A stretch of DNA of 64,000 nt from Lingula anatina (Eukaryota > Animalia > Brachiopoda), in NCBI GenBank assembly GCA_051362555.1, contig CM120649.1:18304567-18368566 (forward strand), given 5' to 3'. The notes under the pieces are model-generated. The model saw only the letters and a list, made by a program, of their open reading frames with translations. It did no database searches and had not been told where the DNA came from. This document shows, one piece after another, positions 40,391 through 52,300 of this stretch (its first letter is position 1; each line of letters begins with the position of its first letter). The position numbers and the translations under genes are program-made.

Positions 40391-43300
40391 CAAAGTCACA
40401 GTCACCTCAACCTATGTATAACAGGTTACCAAGAACTGTTAACTTTATTTATTCATTCCATCACATTTACAGCAACTTATTCATCCTAGTGTTAGCTGAC
40501 CTTGCAAGGAATTCAGTTTATTGGAATATGTATTTCTGAATAACAAGTTAAGAAAATTCACTAGTTCACTAAAGACACAAAACAACTGTCACTTTTACTT
40601 TTAACACTTTTTTTGATTATTTTGATAAAGTTAGTCTGCATGTCTGCAAGGTTGTGTCAATGACCAAAATACAACGTTGAGTCAACGTCACATTATGACG
40701 GTGTTTCAACGTGTCTGGATCAACGTTGATTTTACGTTGAATTTAGGTAGATCAACAGCAATTCAAAGTATCAACCTTATTTCAACGTTGATCCAACGCA
40801 ACTATGCCTGCTGGGAAGGCTCAACATTAAGACTCAAAAATAGCTTTTTAAGCACACCTTTTAACTAATAATATGATATACACAATTTTTTTCTCCACTG
40901 TCAAACAAAATGCTGTGGTGAGACTAATTGTACTTTATTGTGGATGTCCAAATTTTAATGCACTCACAGTTGACATACACATGCATGCAACTTCTGTAAT
41001 TGTCTCAATTTTATATGCCACTGTCTAAGTTATAAATTGGTAGCTACATATGGAGTATAATACATTTTATCTAAAAGAAATCAATGGTTGCTAGCCTTTT
41101 TCTTCGCCGAAAATTCCACTTGCTGCAACTCACCTTCAGAAAGATCAAGGGAGACGGATTCATCAGAAGCAACCTGATATCAGCAAAAATAATGTAAAGA
41201 TTTGTTTATTAATATCAGTACTTTACAGCTTCAAAATATAGACAAATAAGCAGTCCTAACAAGTATAGATGTGTACTATAAATAGAAAAATATGTTAAGA
41301 ATAAGGTTTAGTACACTTTTCAGATCTTTTGCATGCCTTCGCATACATAATTTATGTGAATCTTGTGTAAGCTTTATTTCTGTCAAATATTGAATATTAT
41401 CTACATTTTAGCACAGATAAATATCTCATCACCCCAAAAGCATGACGTGAATTTCATTGGGGGTATTAGTACACTTTACATGTACTCAGTACATTAAATT
41501 GCTTCATCATTTTTGTTTTCTCCTACGGAATACGAAAGTTGCTTGTGATGTTTTATAACTATGTACCCAATTGTAAATGTAACATGAGTATGTATGATGT
41601 ATGATTGTGGTTGTAGAGAAGTGTGTTCGTGACTTATCGTTTGTGTCCGTGTGTCTTCGTTTCTATATAAAACACGCCCCTCTTTGTTACGCGGCACATT
41701 CTTTTCTTGTTTCTGCCATGTTCACACACAGGTATGATAGACTTGATTGGTTTACTTTTCATTTTCTTTGTGTTTAGATTTTGTATTTCTCTAAGTTTAG
41801 TTTGATCATTTCAGTGCTTATTATTTATTTTCATCCTTAATTAGTTTAGAAATTTAGTAAGTATCTTTAGTTCATTAATGTTATTCATTTAAATTTTTCT
41901 AAGTTTGTTCAGTTCTGCATTAAGTTCATTTTATTTATTTGTAAATTATTAAAAGGACATTCGTTTCTTGTTTCTGCCATGTTCACACACAGAGTACACT
42001 CGGGTTCGTAAATAAAGTATATTGAGAGCTGTTACATTTTTGGCGCCCGAACAGGGACCTGAGTAAACTCAAACATGTGACTAGATTGGGATAGTGGAAG
42101 ACTGCCCACATCACTGATGATGCCAATCAGATCATTGTCAATGAGAGAATGAGAACCTGGCTATCTTCATGGACGTGAACGATGTCACCAAAGCTCTGAC
42201 GAGGCATTCGAGTAGGCATACGACAGAAGTGTAAGCAGAGTGTGTGATTGTTACGGCAAGTGGAGTCCAGTTCCGATGTCTACGAGGCTGTAAAGGGACA
42301 ACGCCCACCACGTCCACGTAATACGCAACGTGTATTGACCCCGCTGGCGAACTGCTAGTAACTGGTGCTTGGAAGGCGTGACCGGGTTCCGCAAGCTGTC
42401 TCATGTGGTGTAACCCCGCGAATACTGAAACTTGCATTTAAAGACGCTGTTTTAGCTGTCGGGACTGTATAATTTGAATCCCGCGGGAAGGAACTGTGAG
42501 TAACAGACTGTGTAAAACAATATATTGTAGATCTACTGTATATATTCTTGTAAATATTTGTCACCCGTATTTTTCTATAATCAATATTTCGCTAGATTTA
42601 GCAGTTAGATGTAAATAGAGACTGTGATTTAAATCTAATTAGAGAGGTCTTCTTATTCAGACTAAATATTTTAGGATACGCAGCTTAACATTACAGTAAT
42701 TGTTAGTTTTTTGTAGTGTTCAAGTAGAATATTCTGCACTTCACCCATAATTACACAGGGATTGTTATATTTCTTGGTTAAGTAGTAAACGTAGTGGGTC
42801 GGCTGCGTAAACAGATTTGGTTGAATTTTGATATCAGTCTTTGGTTGAAGGCCGAAGCTAAGTGAAATTAATCTCTGCTGTTGTTTATTAGAGTTCATTA
42901 TATTAGTGGCTCGTTATATAATTGCCAGTAGTTTCTTTCTATTGCATTGTCATATATTCATTCATACTGCTGTAGTGATATTAGTAGGGAGACATTTGAG
43001 TTTTGATATTATAATTTTGTAACCAGCAGTAGTATTAAAATTGGTAGTAAACTTTGTCAGTAACATTGAATCTGTGTATGCGTGTCAACACACATGTCCA
43101 ATTATTAAGGCGTTGTGATATTAGTTTGACATTGCTGCTAGAATGCTGTGGGATTAATTGACTGCTTTTTATTGTTGCTTTCACTTAGAATTTTAATTAC
43201 ATTTTGTGACATTTTGTTATTGTAGTCACAGATTATAAAACTTGGTGAAGGTATTGTTGTTGTGGTCACAAAAAAAAAAAAACTGACATTAAACAGTGAC

Positions 43301-46300
43301 ATTAAGCAGTGATATTATATTCAAGCAGTAGTTAGAAGATAGAATAATTAAATTGTGTGTGTTTATTGTATATAATTGCATACATTATTTTAAGAATTTT
43401 TATTGTTTATATTTTCAGGAGTAACTGCAAACACTTGTTTGTTTTCATTATTTTTTACAACCTATCAAGTCTGTCTAATTTCTAGTTTAAATTCTAGTTT
43501 GGGTTTTTTTTACAGGGTCTGGGATTTTTGGGTCTAAATACAAATCTTTGGGAATCCTTTTTGTTCAGAGAACATATCAGTCTTGTCTATGTGTTTTGTT
43601 TGTGTGTATGCTTAGTGTGTGTCTTAGTGTGTGTGATAGTGAATAGTTGGGTGCAAACAGTTGTTTGATTTTTTTATTATTTTGTGTTAGACTTACAGTC
43701 AAGATGGCATCATCTATTATTCGCGCTATGAGTGTAGCAATATCAAATGTACCCGAAGGTGTTACAGATGACGAATTAAAAATGTTCATGTCGGATCACA
43801 TGGTTTCTGATATGTCCGTAGTACAGAGAATACTTCGACCTGAAATACAAGGAGTCGTTTATGTAATTTTTGCATCCGCCAACGCGGCCGTGGAAGCGAT
43901 AGATATTCTTAATGGAAGAAAATTAAAGGGTGGAAAAGTGGAAATAAGAAGAGTTTCCAAAACAGCTGAGAAAGATATACTTTTGCTTTTAGAGACAAAT
44001 CGCGATTTATCGGTAGTTGACGTGATTTCCAGTTTTAAGAACATTGTAAGAATCGGATAACCCGATTTCTTGTTTATTTTGATTAATGTAGACTTAAGCG
44101 GCCCATTTGCGTGATCTTTTATGTGAGGAGGGGGGATTACGAGGAAATTGACTGACACTTCAACAGCGTGGCTGTTTTGTAGTTAGCATTCCGTAGGAAT
44201 AGACATTTTTTGCGACACTCCTTTGTGCTTTTATGACAGTTCAGACACCACATAGTATAATAACGTCAAGTTACTTAGATGTTCAGTGATTTTGTAGAGG
44301 AAATTCAGCTTTCCAGGATAAAAAGGAATAATTGACATCCACGAAAGCCAGCAATGTGAGTTTTTATGATTGTTGTATTGTATAAGTTTAACTTTCTTAA
44401 TGCAGTTAAAATTGTTTGTAAGACTTTGTTTTAAGAAGACTTATTTATGTTCTTTTTTGTTTGTTTTCGTTTTAGTCAGAACCATTGGATTACAAGCACT
44501 GATGCGTATCTGATGCTGGTTACTGTAATAAACATACAGAGTATTTAGCCAAGACTTTATTGTTTTAACTTAAGATCCGCGGGATCTTACAAACATGTCC
44601 TTGAAGGAGGTGTCTCAGGTGGTGGACGCTCTTCAGTCTGCACTTACACCTACCTCCACTTCTACTTCTACAAGACATGAGAAAACTTTTCCAAAAGTTT
44701 CAACCCCAAAAAGGAGGCGTCTTCCTCAAACGCCGAATTCTGGGGTCAAATTTAGTCAGAGTCCTCGAGTGGAGGGTGTGCGTGAGAGATGTGAAACAAG
44801 TATGCCTGAACTTGTGTCATATACCCACCCCCCTAGGTTGCCTCTGTTTTCAGGGTTGAATGACTCTAAAGATGCAACTTACCGCCAGTGGTCTTATGAG
44901 GTAAGAGCCCTATATAGAGATAAACTGTACTCAGATTCAGTATTATTACAAGCCATTAGACGTTCATTGAAGGGTCCAGCTGCAGAAACATTGTATAATC
45001 TAGGCGAGATAGTTGATGTGAATGACATTTTGACAAAATTTGATCATGTCTATGGTGATTTTCTATCTTCAGGGATTATTTTACAACAGTTTTACGCTTC
45101 TAATCAGACAAAAGCTGAAAGTGTAGCAGCTTGGGCTTGTAGACTTGAAGATATGGTTTCCAAACTTACTCTCAAAAAACCTCCTGCTGTTTCTGAAGAT
45201 GGTGCTAAGTCTATGTTGAGATTGAAATTCTACAATGGTCTTTATTCTTCTTCAGTGAGACAATTGTTGAGACACAGATATGACAGCGGGGCAACTTTTG
45301 ATGAGCTTTTGGTGGAAGCGCGAACAATTGAATTAGAAGAACAAGGAAGATCTCCCCTTACATGTAAAGTTCAACAATCTTCTTCTGAGGCAGAGGATAA
45401 GATTGACAAGTTATTAGAGGTAGTATATTCCCTAAAAGAAAGAATGAGTGTGCTTGAGAGTCAATTAAGTACACTGAGTCGACAGAATTCATCTCAACCG
45501 CGAAGGTTTCAACAGGTACGTTTTACCGGTAGATGTTGGCATTGTGGAAATCAAGGACACCGACAAATAAATTGTCCTTCTCAAATCCATTTAAATGAAA
45601 ATCAGCCTGTCGAGCAGGGCAACAGGCAGGCTCTGTCTCGAAATGCCCAAAATCAGTAGTGAAACATCTTGTAGGTAATGCTAATGAGTTACCAGTTGTT
45701 TTTCAGGGTAAGGAAGTGAAGACGTTGCTAGATACTGGTTCGGTTGTGAGTACAGTATCTTCTTCTTGTGCAAAGTCCTTTGATTTAGAAATCCAACCAC
45801 TCAATAACATCATTAAATTAGAATCAGCTTGTGGCAATGCAATTTCATATCTTGGATATGTAGAAGCATCTGTGAAACTGTCCGAGTTGGATGACTCTAC
45901 TAAACATGACTGTCTTTTTCTTGTAGTTCCAGACACGGAGTACCATGCCAAAACTCCACTTCTTCTTGGAACAAATATCCTGTCTCTTTATATTGGTGTC
46001 AGTAGAATGGGAAATGGCGAATTACCAATGCCTTTGAAGTTGGTCCTAAAAACTCTAAAAAACCAGAGTTATTTACAGAATGCCACTGAAATATTGGGTA
46101 ACGTCTGCGCTACCAAGACAATTGTAGTGCCTAAAGGTGAGAAGGTATTGATTAACGGCTTGTCGAGAGTAGTATCATGTTAACGTCTTGTAGCCATGAC
46201 TGAGGAAATTTCAGAATCTGCTCTACCAGGTGGGTTGATACTTTCTCCTAGTGTGCATGTGGTGCAGCCTGGTTTATCAACTCAAAAGATTGCAGTGGAA

Positions 46301-49300
46301 ATTACTAATTTTTCCAACCATAGCATTACTATTCCCAATGGATCAAAACTCTGTAAGCTTTCTCAGGCTTCTATAGTACCTGCTTCAAAATCTTCATCAA
46401 ATTCTGTTGAAGGTGATACTTCTGATTCTATATCCTTTGCTGAACAGTTCACTGAGAACTTAAGGGAAAATCTTGATGAAAATCAAGTGTCTGAGGTGAA
46501 TCAGTTGTTACTTGAACACAAAAATGCGTTTTCTCTACATGACTTTGATTTAGGAAAATGTTCTTTGGTTAAACACAAAATCAATCTTGTAGATGATATC
46601 CCATTTCAGTCAAAACATTGTCACATTACTCCTTCAATGTTTACTGAGATTAGAGATCACATAGCACAGATGTTGGATCTTGGTGTCATAAGAAAATCCT
46701 CTAGTCCATATTCCTCTGGTGTTGTTCTAGTGAGAAAAAAAGATGGCTCACTACGCTTCTGCATTTATCTTCGGAAGCTAAATGCTAAAACAATCAAAGA
46801 TTCTTATGCCTTGCCGAGAATTGACGAAACACTAGATCTTCTCCATGGTGCTTCGTGGTTCAGCATGTTGGATCTGAAGTCTGCATATTGGCAAGTAGAG
46901 ATTGAAGAGTCTGACATACCAAAAACAGCATTTAAGGTTGGTCCTTTAGGTTTTTATGAGTGTGTACGCATGCCGTATGGGTGTTGTAATGCGCCTATGA
47001 CATTTCAAAGGCTGCTTGAGAGTTGCATGGGGGATTTAAATCTAGTAAATTGTTTAATTTACTTGGATGATATTATAGTTTTCAGCAAAACCTATGAGGA
47101 ACATGTAACCAAGCTGAGAGATGTGCTGAGACGATTGCAAGATCATGGGTTGAAACTCAAACCTAATAAATGCCGTTTATTTCAGCGGAAAATCCAATAC
47201 CTTGGACACATTGTTTCCAAAGAAGGAGTACAAACTGATCCAGCAAAGATTGAGGTTTTGAAGTCTTGGCCTGTTCCAAAGTGTGTACAAGATGTGCTTT
47301 CTTTCATAGGGTTTGTTGGATATTACCGTCGTTTCATTGAGAATTTCAGTAAAATAGCTTGACCATTGCATGAACTCACAAAGAACCAAGTGAATAAAAA
47401 GTCTAGAAAATTTCAACAGAATTTCAATTGGCTTCCAGAACACCAGAATGCATTTGAAAAGTTAATAGATGCATGTACTGAATCACCCATCTTAGCATCT
47501 GCAGATTTCTCCAAACCATTTGAATTGCGGGTGGATGCCAGTAGAGTCGGTCTGGGTGCTGTGCTTTACCAGAATCAGGAAGGTCAAAACAGGGTAATTG
47601 CATACGCAAGTAGAGGTTTGAGGCAAAGTGAAAAGAATTATTCCATTCATAAATTGGAATTTTTAGCGTTAAAATGGGCCGTCACAGAAAAATTTTCTGA
47701 TTACCTGTATGGAAATTCTTTTACAGTCAGAACAGATAACAACCCATTGACATATGTGCTAACGTCTGCAAAATTGGATTCCACAGGTCAACGTTGGGTG
47801 GCAGAGCTGTCTAACTACAATTTTAACATTTTTTATGTCTCAGGCAAGACAAATGTGGAAGCAGATACTTTTTCTCGAATTAGATGGCCGCTAGAGATTA
47901 CAGTTGATAGTTGCCAAGCTATTTTTCATAGTTTTCAGATCCAAAAGCCATTAATTGCTGTTTTTCCTTGTACAGAAAATGTCATTCCAAAGGTACTGTC
48001 TGCTTCTGTTCAAATGAATCAGAAAAAAGATTGGATACAATTGCAAGAAGCAGATCCTATTGTAAAAAATGTACGGGATATTTTGAAAGGTGTGAAGAAA
48101 AGAATGAAAGGGAAAGATGTAGAAAGTAAGACTTTTGAAAGAAAGTTAGAGAGAATGGTGCTATATGATGATGTCCTGTATTGTACAAGACGATCTAATG
48201 ATGGGTCAGTAACTAAACAGTTAGTTCTACCAGAAGCCTTTAGAAAAGACGCTTTGCATGGTTGTCATGACGAAATAGGTCATCTTGGAAGAGACAGAGC
48301 TGTAAATCTCCTTCAACAGCGTTTTTATTGGCCCGGAATGACAAAGCAAATGTCTCAACACATCAGTGGTTGCCCTAGATGCATAAAACGTAAAACGTTG
48401 CCCACTGCTCATGCAGAATTATGTTCAATTTCTTCCTCTGCTCCCTTAGAATTTGTCTGTATGGACTATCTTTCAATAGAGGATGGAAAGGGTGGAATAG
48501 GGAATATACTAGTTATTACCGATCATTTCACGAGGTACGCGCAAGCGTACCCCACGTCCAATCAAAGGGCAAAGACTACTGCCAGAATCCTCTTTGACAA
48601 TTTTGTGGTGCATTATGGCTTTCCGAGTCGTTTTCATACTGATCAAGGCCGAAATTTTGAAGGAAAGATAATAAATGAGCTGTGTCAATTGGCGGGAATA
48701 AAAAAATCCAGAACAACATCATACCACCCAATGGGAAACGGCCAATGTGAAAGAATGAATAGAACACTTTTAGATATGTTGGGAACGCTAGATCCAACTC
48801 AAAAGAAAAGTTGGAAGAAACATATTGGCTCGCTTGTGCACGCCTACAATTGTACCCGTAATACTTCAAGCAATTTTTCTCCTTATTACCTGATGTTCGG
48901 CAGACATCCTAGACTGCCAGTTGATTTGCTTCTAGATTCTTTCCAGAAAATGTCCAAAATTCCTCCCACTGTCAGTATGTCGATGATTTGAAACAAAGGT
49001 TGAGCGATTCATATCGATTAGCAGCTGAGCATATTGAAAAAGCACAGAGAAAGCAGAAGAAACATTTCGATAATAAATCGAGAGGAAGTGTAGTGATGAC
49101 TAGAGATCGTGTTCTTTTGCGTAATGTTGCTTTTACTGGGAAGCACAAACTCGCTGACCGTTGGCAGAATGAGGTGTATATTGTCTCATCACAACCGAAT
49201 AAAGACATTCCGGTTTTAACAATAAAGAGAGAAGACGGTGTTGGGAAAACCAAAACGGTTCATCGTAATATGCTCTTGCCAATTTACGCACTGCCATTAG

Positions 49301-52300
49301 AGAAAGAGTTACGTGAGGAACAGAGGAAAAAAATCGACTCATCAGATCGTCCAAAGAGAAGTAGAAGAAAACCAGTTTGGTATAATGATAGCAACTGGGT
49401 GTTTTAAATAGCATATAGAATATTTATTTTATTTTTTGTTAATATTGTACAGAAAAAACTAATAAAATGGAAAAAATTGATGTTCCCTTGTCGTGTTGTA
49501 AATGGTGTGGAAACCAATTGTTGTTGGTGGGGGAGGATGTAATATGAGTATGTTTGATGTATGATTGTGGTTGTAGAGAAGTGTGTTCGTGACTTATCGT
49601 TTGTGTCCGTGTGTCTTCGTTTCTATATAAAACACGCCCCTCTTTGTTACGCGGCACATTCGTTTCTTGTTTCTGCCATGTTCACACACAGGTATGATAG
49701 ACTTGATTGGTTTACTTTGCATTTTCTTTGTGTTTAGATTTTGTATTTCTCTAAGTTTAGTTTGATCATTTCAGTGCTTATCATTTATTTTCATCCTTAA
49801 TTAGTTTAGAAATTTAGTAAGTATCTTTAGTTCATTAATGTTATTCATTAAAATTTTTCTAAGTTTGAAGTTCTGCATTAAGTTCATTTTATTTATTTGT
49901 AAATTATTAAAAGGACATTCGTTTCTTGTTTCTGCCATGTTCACACACAGAGTACACTCGGGTTCGTAAATAAAGTATATTGAGAGCTGTTACATAAACT
50001 AAACCAACTTTTTTTCCTGACAAATGAATTAAAAATATGCTTGACCTGAGATTAGTGAAAATAATTTAGAACTAGAGGATCAGAGAGGCGATACCGCCTC
50101 CAAATATTGTACCACCAGCTGGAGCAAGCGCATTCGTATAGACCCCCACATACACAAAATAAGGGACACAGTCACCAGTCTTGTGCTTGACAAGCTGTAA
50201 ACATGCAGACAACAAGAATTTTCAATATATGCAAAAAATATATGAAACTAAAAATGTACAATCAAATTTAAGTTCATCGTAAGATAGGTGAAAGGTCATT
50301 TTCAAGGTCACAGTAAATTGCCAGTATATGACTTCCTATTCAAGTTCAATAGTAACTATGGACCTATCTCTGCCAGGTTTGGAGTTAAAAGAGAAAGAAA
50401 TTAGCAGAGTTCAGTTCATGATAATAAGTAGATCAAAGGTCAATTTCAAGGTCACACTTAGATTGCCAGTATATGACTTCCTATCCAAGTTCAATAGTAA
50501 CTATGGACCTATCTCTGCCAGTTTTGGAGATAAAAAGGAAGCAAAATTTGCAAAGTTCAGTTCATGGTGAAAAATAGGTCAAATGTCAATTTCAAGGTCA
50601 CAGTAAGATTGCCAGTATATGACTTTCTATTCAAGTTCAATAGTATCTATGGACCTATCTCTGCCAGTTTTGCAGATAAAAGGGACTAAATGTTATAATT
50701 TTGGAGTTACCATAATGTGCCATAAATTTCCTACAGAAAAGATTAATTAAAATAAAGAAAACATCATTTTGGTCAAATTCTTAAAATAGGAGGTGCTCTG
50801 AAGTTCCAGAAGTTCAAATTTGATGAAATAATGTCATTTTTGACCACAAGTTGTCTGCTTTGCCAAGCCTTATGTATTATTTTTCCGGAGTTCAAAATTT
50901 ATTATCCATTACCGTACTGCACATTTTGTTTTCACCACCAATATGCATTTTTTGATACAGTGTAACTTTAGAGATAAAAGGGAAGCAAAATTTGCAAATT
51001 TCAGTTCATAGTGAAAAGTAGGTCAAAGGTCAATTTTAAGGTCACATTTAGATTGCCAGTATATGACTTCCTATTCAAGTTCAATAGTAACTATGGACCT
51101 ATCTCTGCCAGTTTTGGAGATAAAAGGGAAGCAAAATTTGTAAAGTTCAGTTCATGGTGAAAAGTAGGTCAAAGGTCAATTTTAAGGTCACATTTAGATT
51201 GCCAGTATATGACTTCCTATTCAAGTTCAATAGTAACTATGGACCTATCTCTGCCAGTTTTGGAGATAAAAGGGAAGCAAAATTTGTAAAGTTCAGTTCA
51301 TGGTGAAAAGTAGGTCAAAGGTCAATTTTAAGGTCACATTTAGATTGCCAGTATATGACTTCCTATTCAAGTTCAATAGTAACTATGGACCTATCTCTGC
51401 CAGTTTTGGAGATAAAAGGGAAGCAAAATTTGTAAAGTTCAGTTCATGGTGAAAAGTAGGTCAAAGGTCAATTTTAAGGTCACATTTAGATTGCCAGTCT
51501 ATGACTTCCCATTCAACTTCAATAGTAACTATGGACATATCTCTGCCAGTTTTGGAGATAAAAGGGAAGCAAAATTTGCAAAGTTCAGTTCATGGTGAAA
51601 AGTAGGTCAAAGGTTAATTTCAAGGTCACATTTGGATTGCCAGTATGTGACTTCCTATTCAACTTCAATAGTAACTATGGACCTATCTCTGCCAGTTTTG
51701 GAGATATAAGGGACTAAATGTTATAATTTTGGAGTTACCATAATGTGCCATAAATTTCCTACAGAAAAGATTAATTAAAATAAAGAAAACATCATTTTGG
51801 TCAAAATTCTTAAAATAGGAGGTGCTCTGAATTTCCAGAAGTTCAAATTTGATGAAATAATGTCATTTTTGACCACAAGTTGTCTGCTTTGCCAAGCCTT
51901 ATGTATTATTTTTCCAGAGTTCAAAATTTATTATCCATTACCGTACTGCACATTTTGCTTTCACCACCAATATGTACTTTTTGATACAGCGTAACTTGAA
52001 AACCGTATGGAATACAAAAAAACGGAGACCATATACCGTGTTGGGCTTTACATGCTCTACAAAATGCAAAAAAGAATGGGTCTCTAGCATTAACGGTTCC
52101 CGAATTAGAGACAGTTTTCAGTTTCGGTACTTTATGGCTGCTACTCCCGTGAAAATGCACCGATTGACCCCAAATTCACGGAGATGAAAGATGACCCGAA
52201 GGGTTACTCTTTCCAATAATATTATTGGTTAAGTCTGTGTGGTATCTGAATAACAGGGCAAAAAAAATTTTTTTCGTAAAAAAATTCATTTTTTTGAAAA

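Larger units (their letters stand above)
41578..49994 (+). mobile_element. Full-length but inactivated Ty3/Gypsy LTR retrotransposon, antisense in an intron of module A
   Basis: Two ~98% identical TGTAA...TTACA LTRs, 4-bp TSD TAAA, PBS, PPT (GGTGGGGGAGGA 49526-49537), gag then PR-RT-RH-IN; empty site in module B (~60735-60750). Confidence 0.97.

Noticed and set aside
41494-41697. Duplicated short ORF MPRNKEGR... (also 49439-49657)
   Set aside because: Antisense translation of the two LTRs.
42041-42058. Retroviral (HIV-like) insertion or contamination
   Set aside because: Only the tRNA-complementary PBS matches; pol is Gypsy-type and there is no env.
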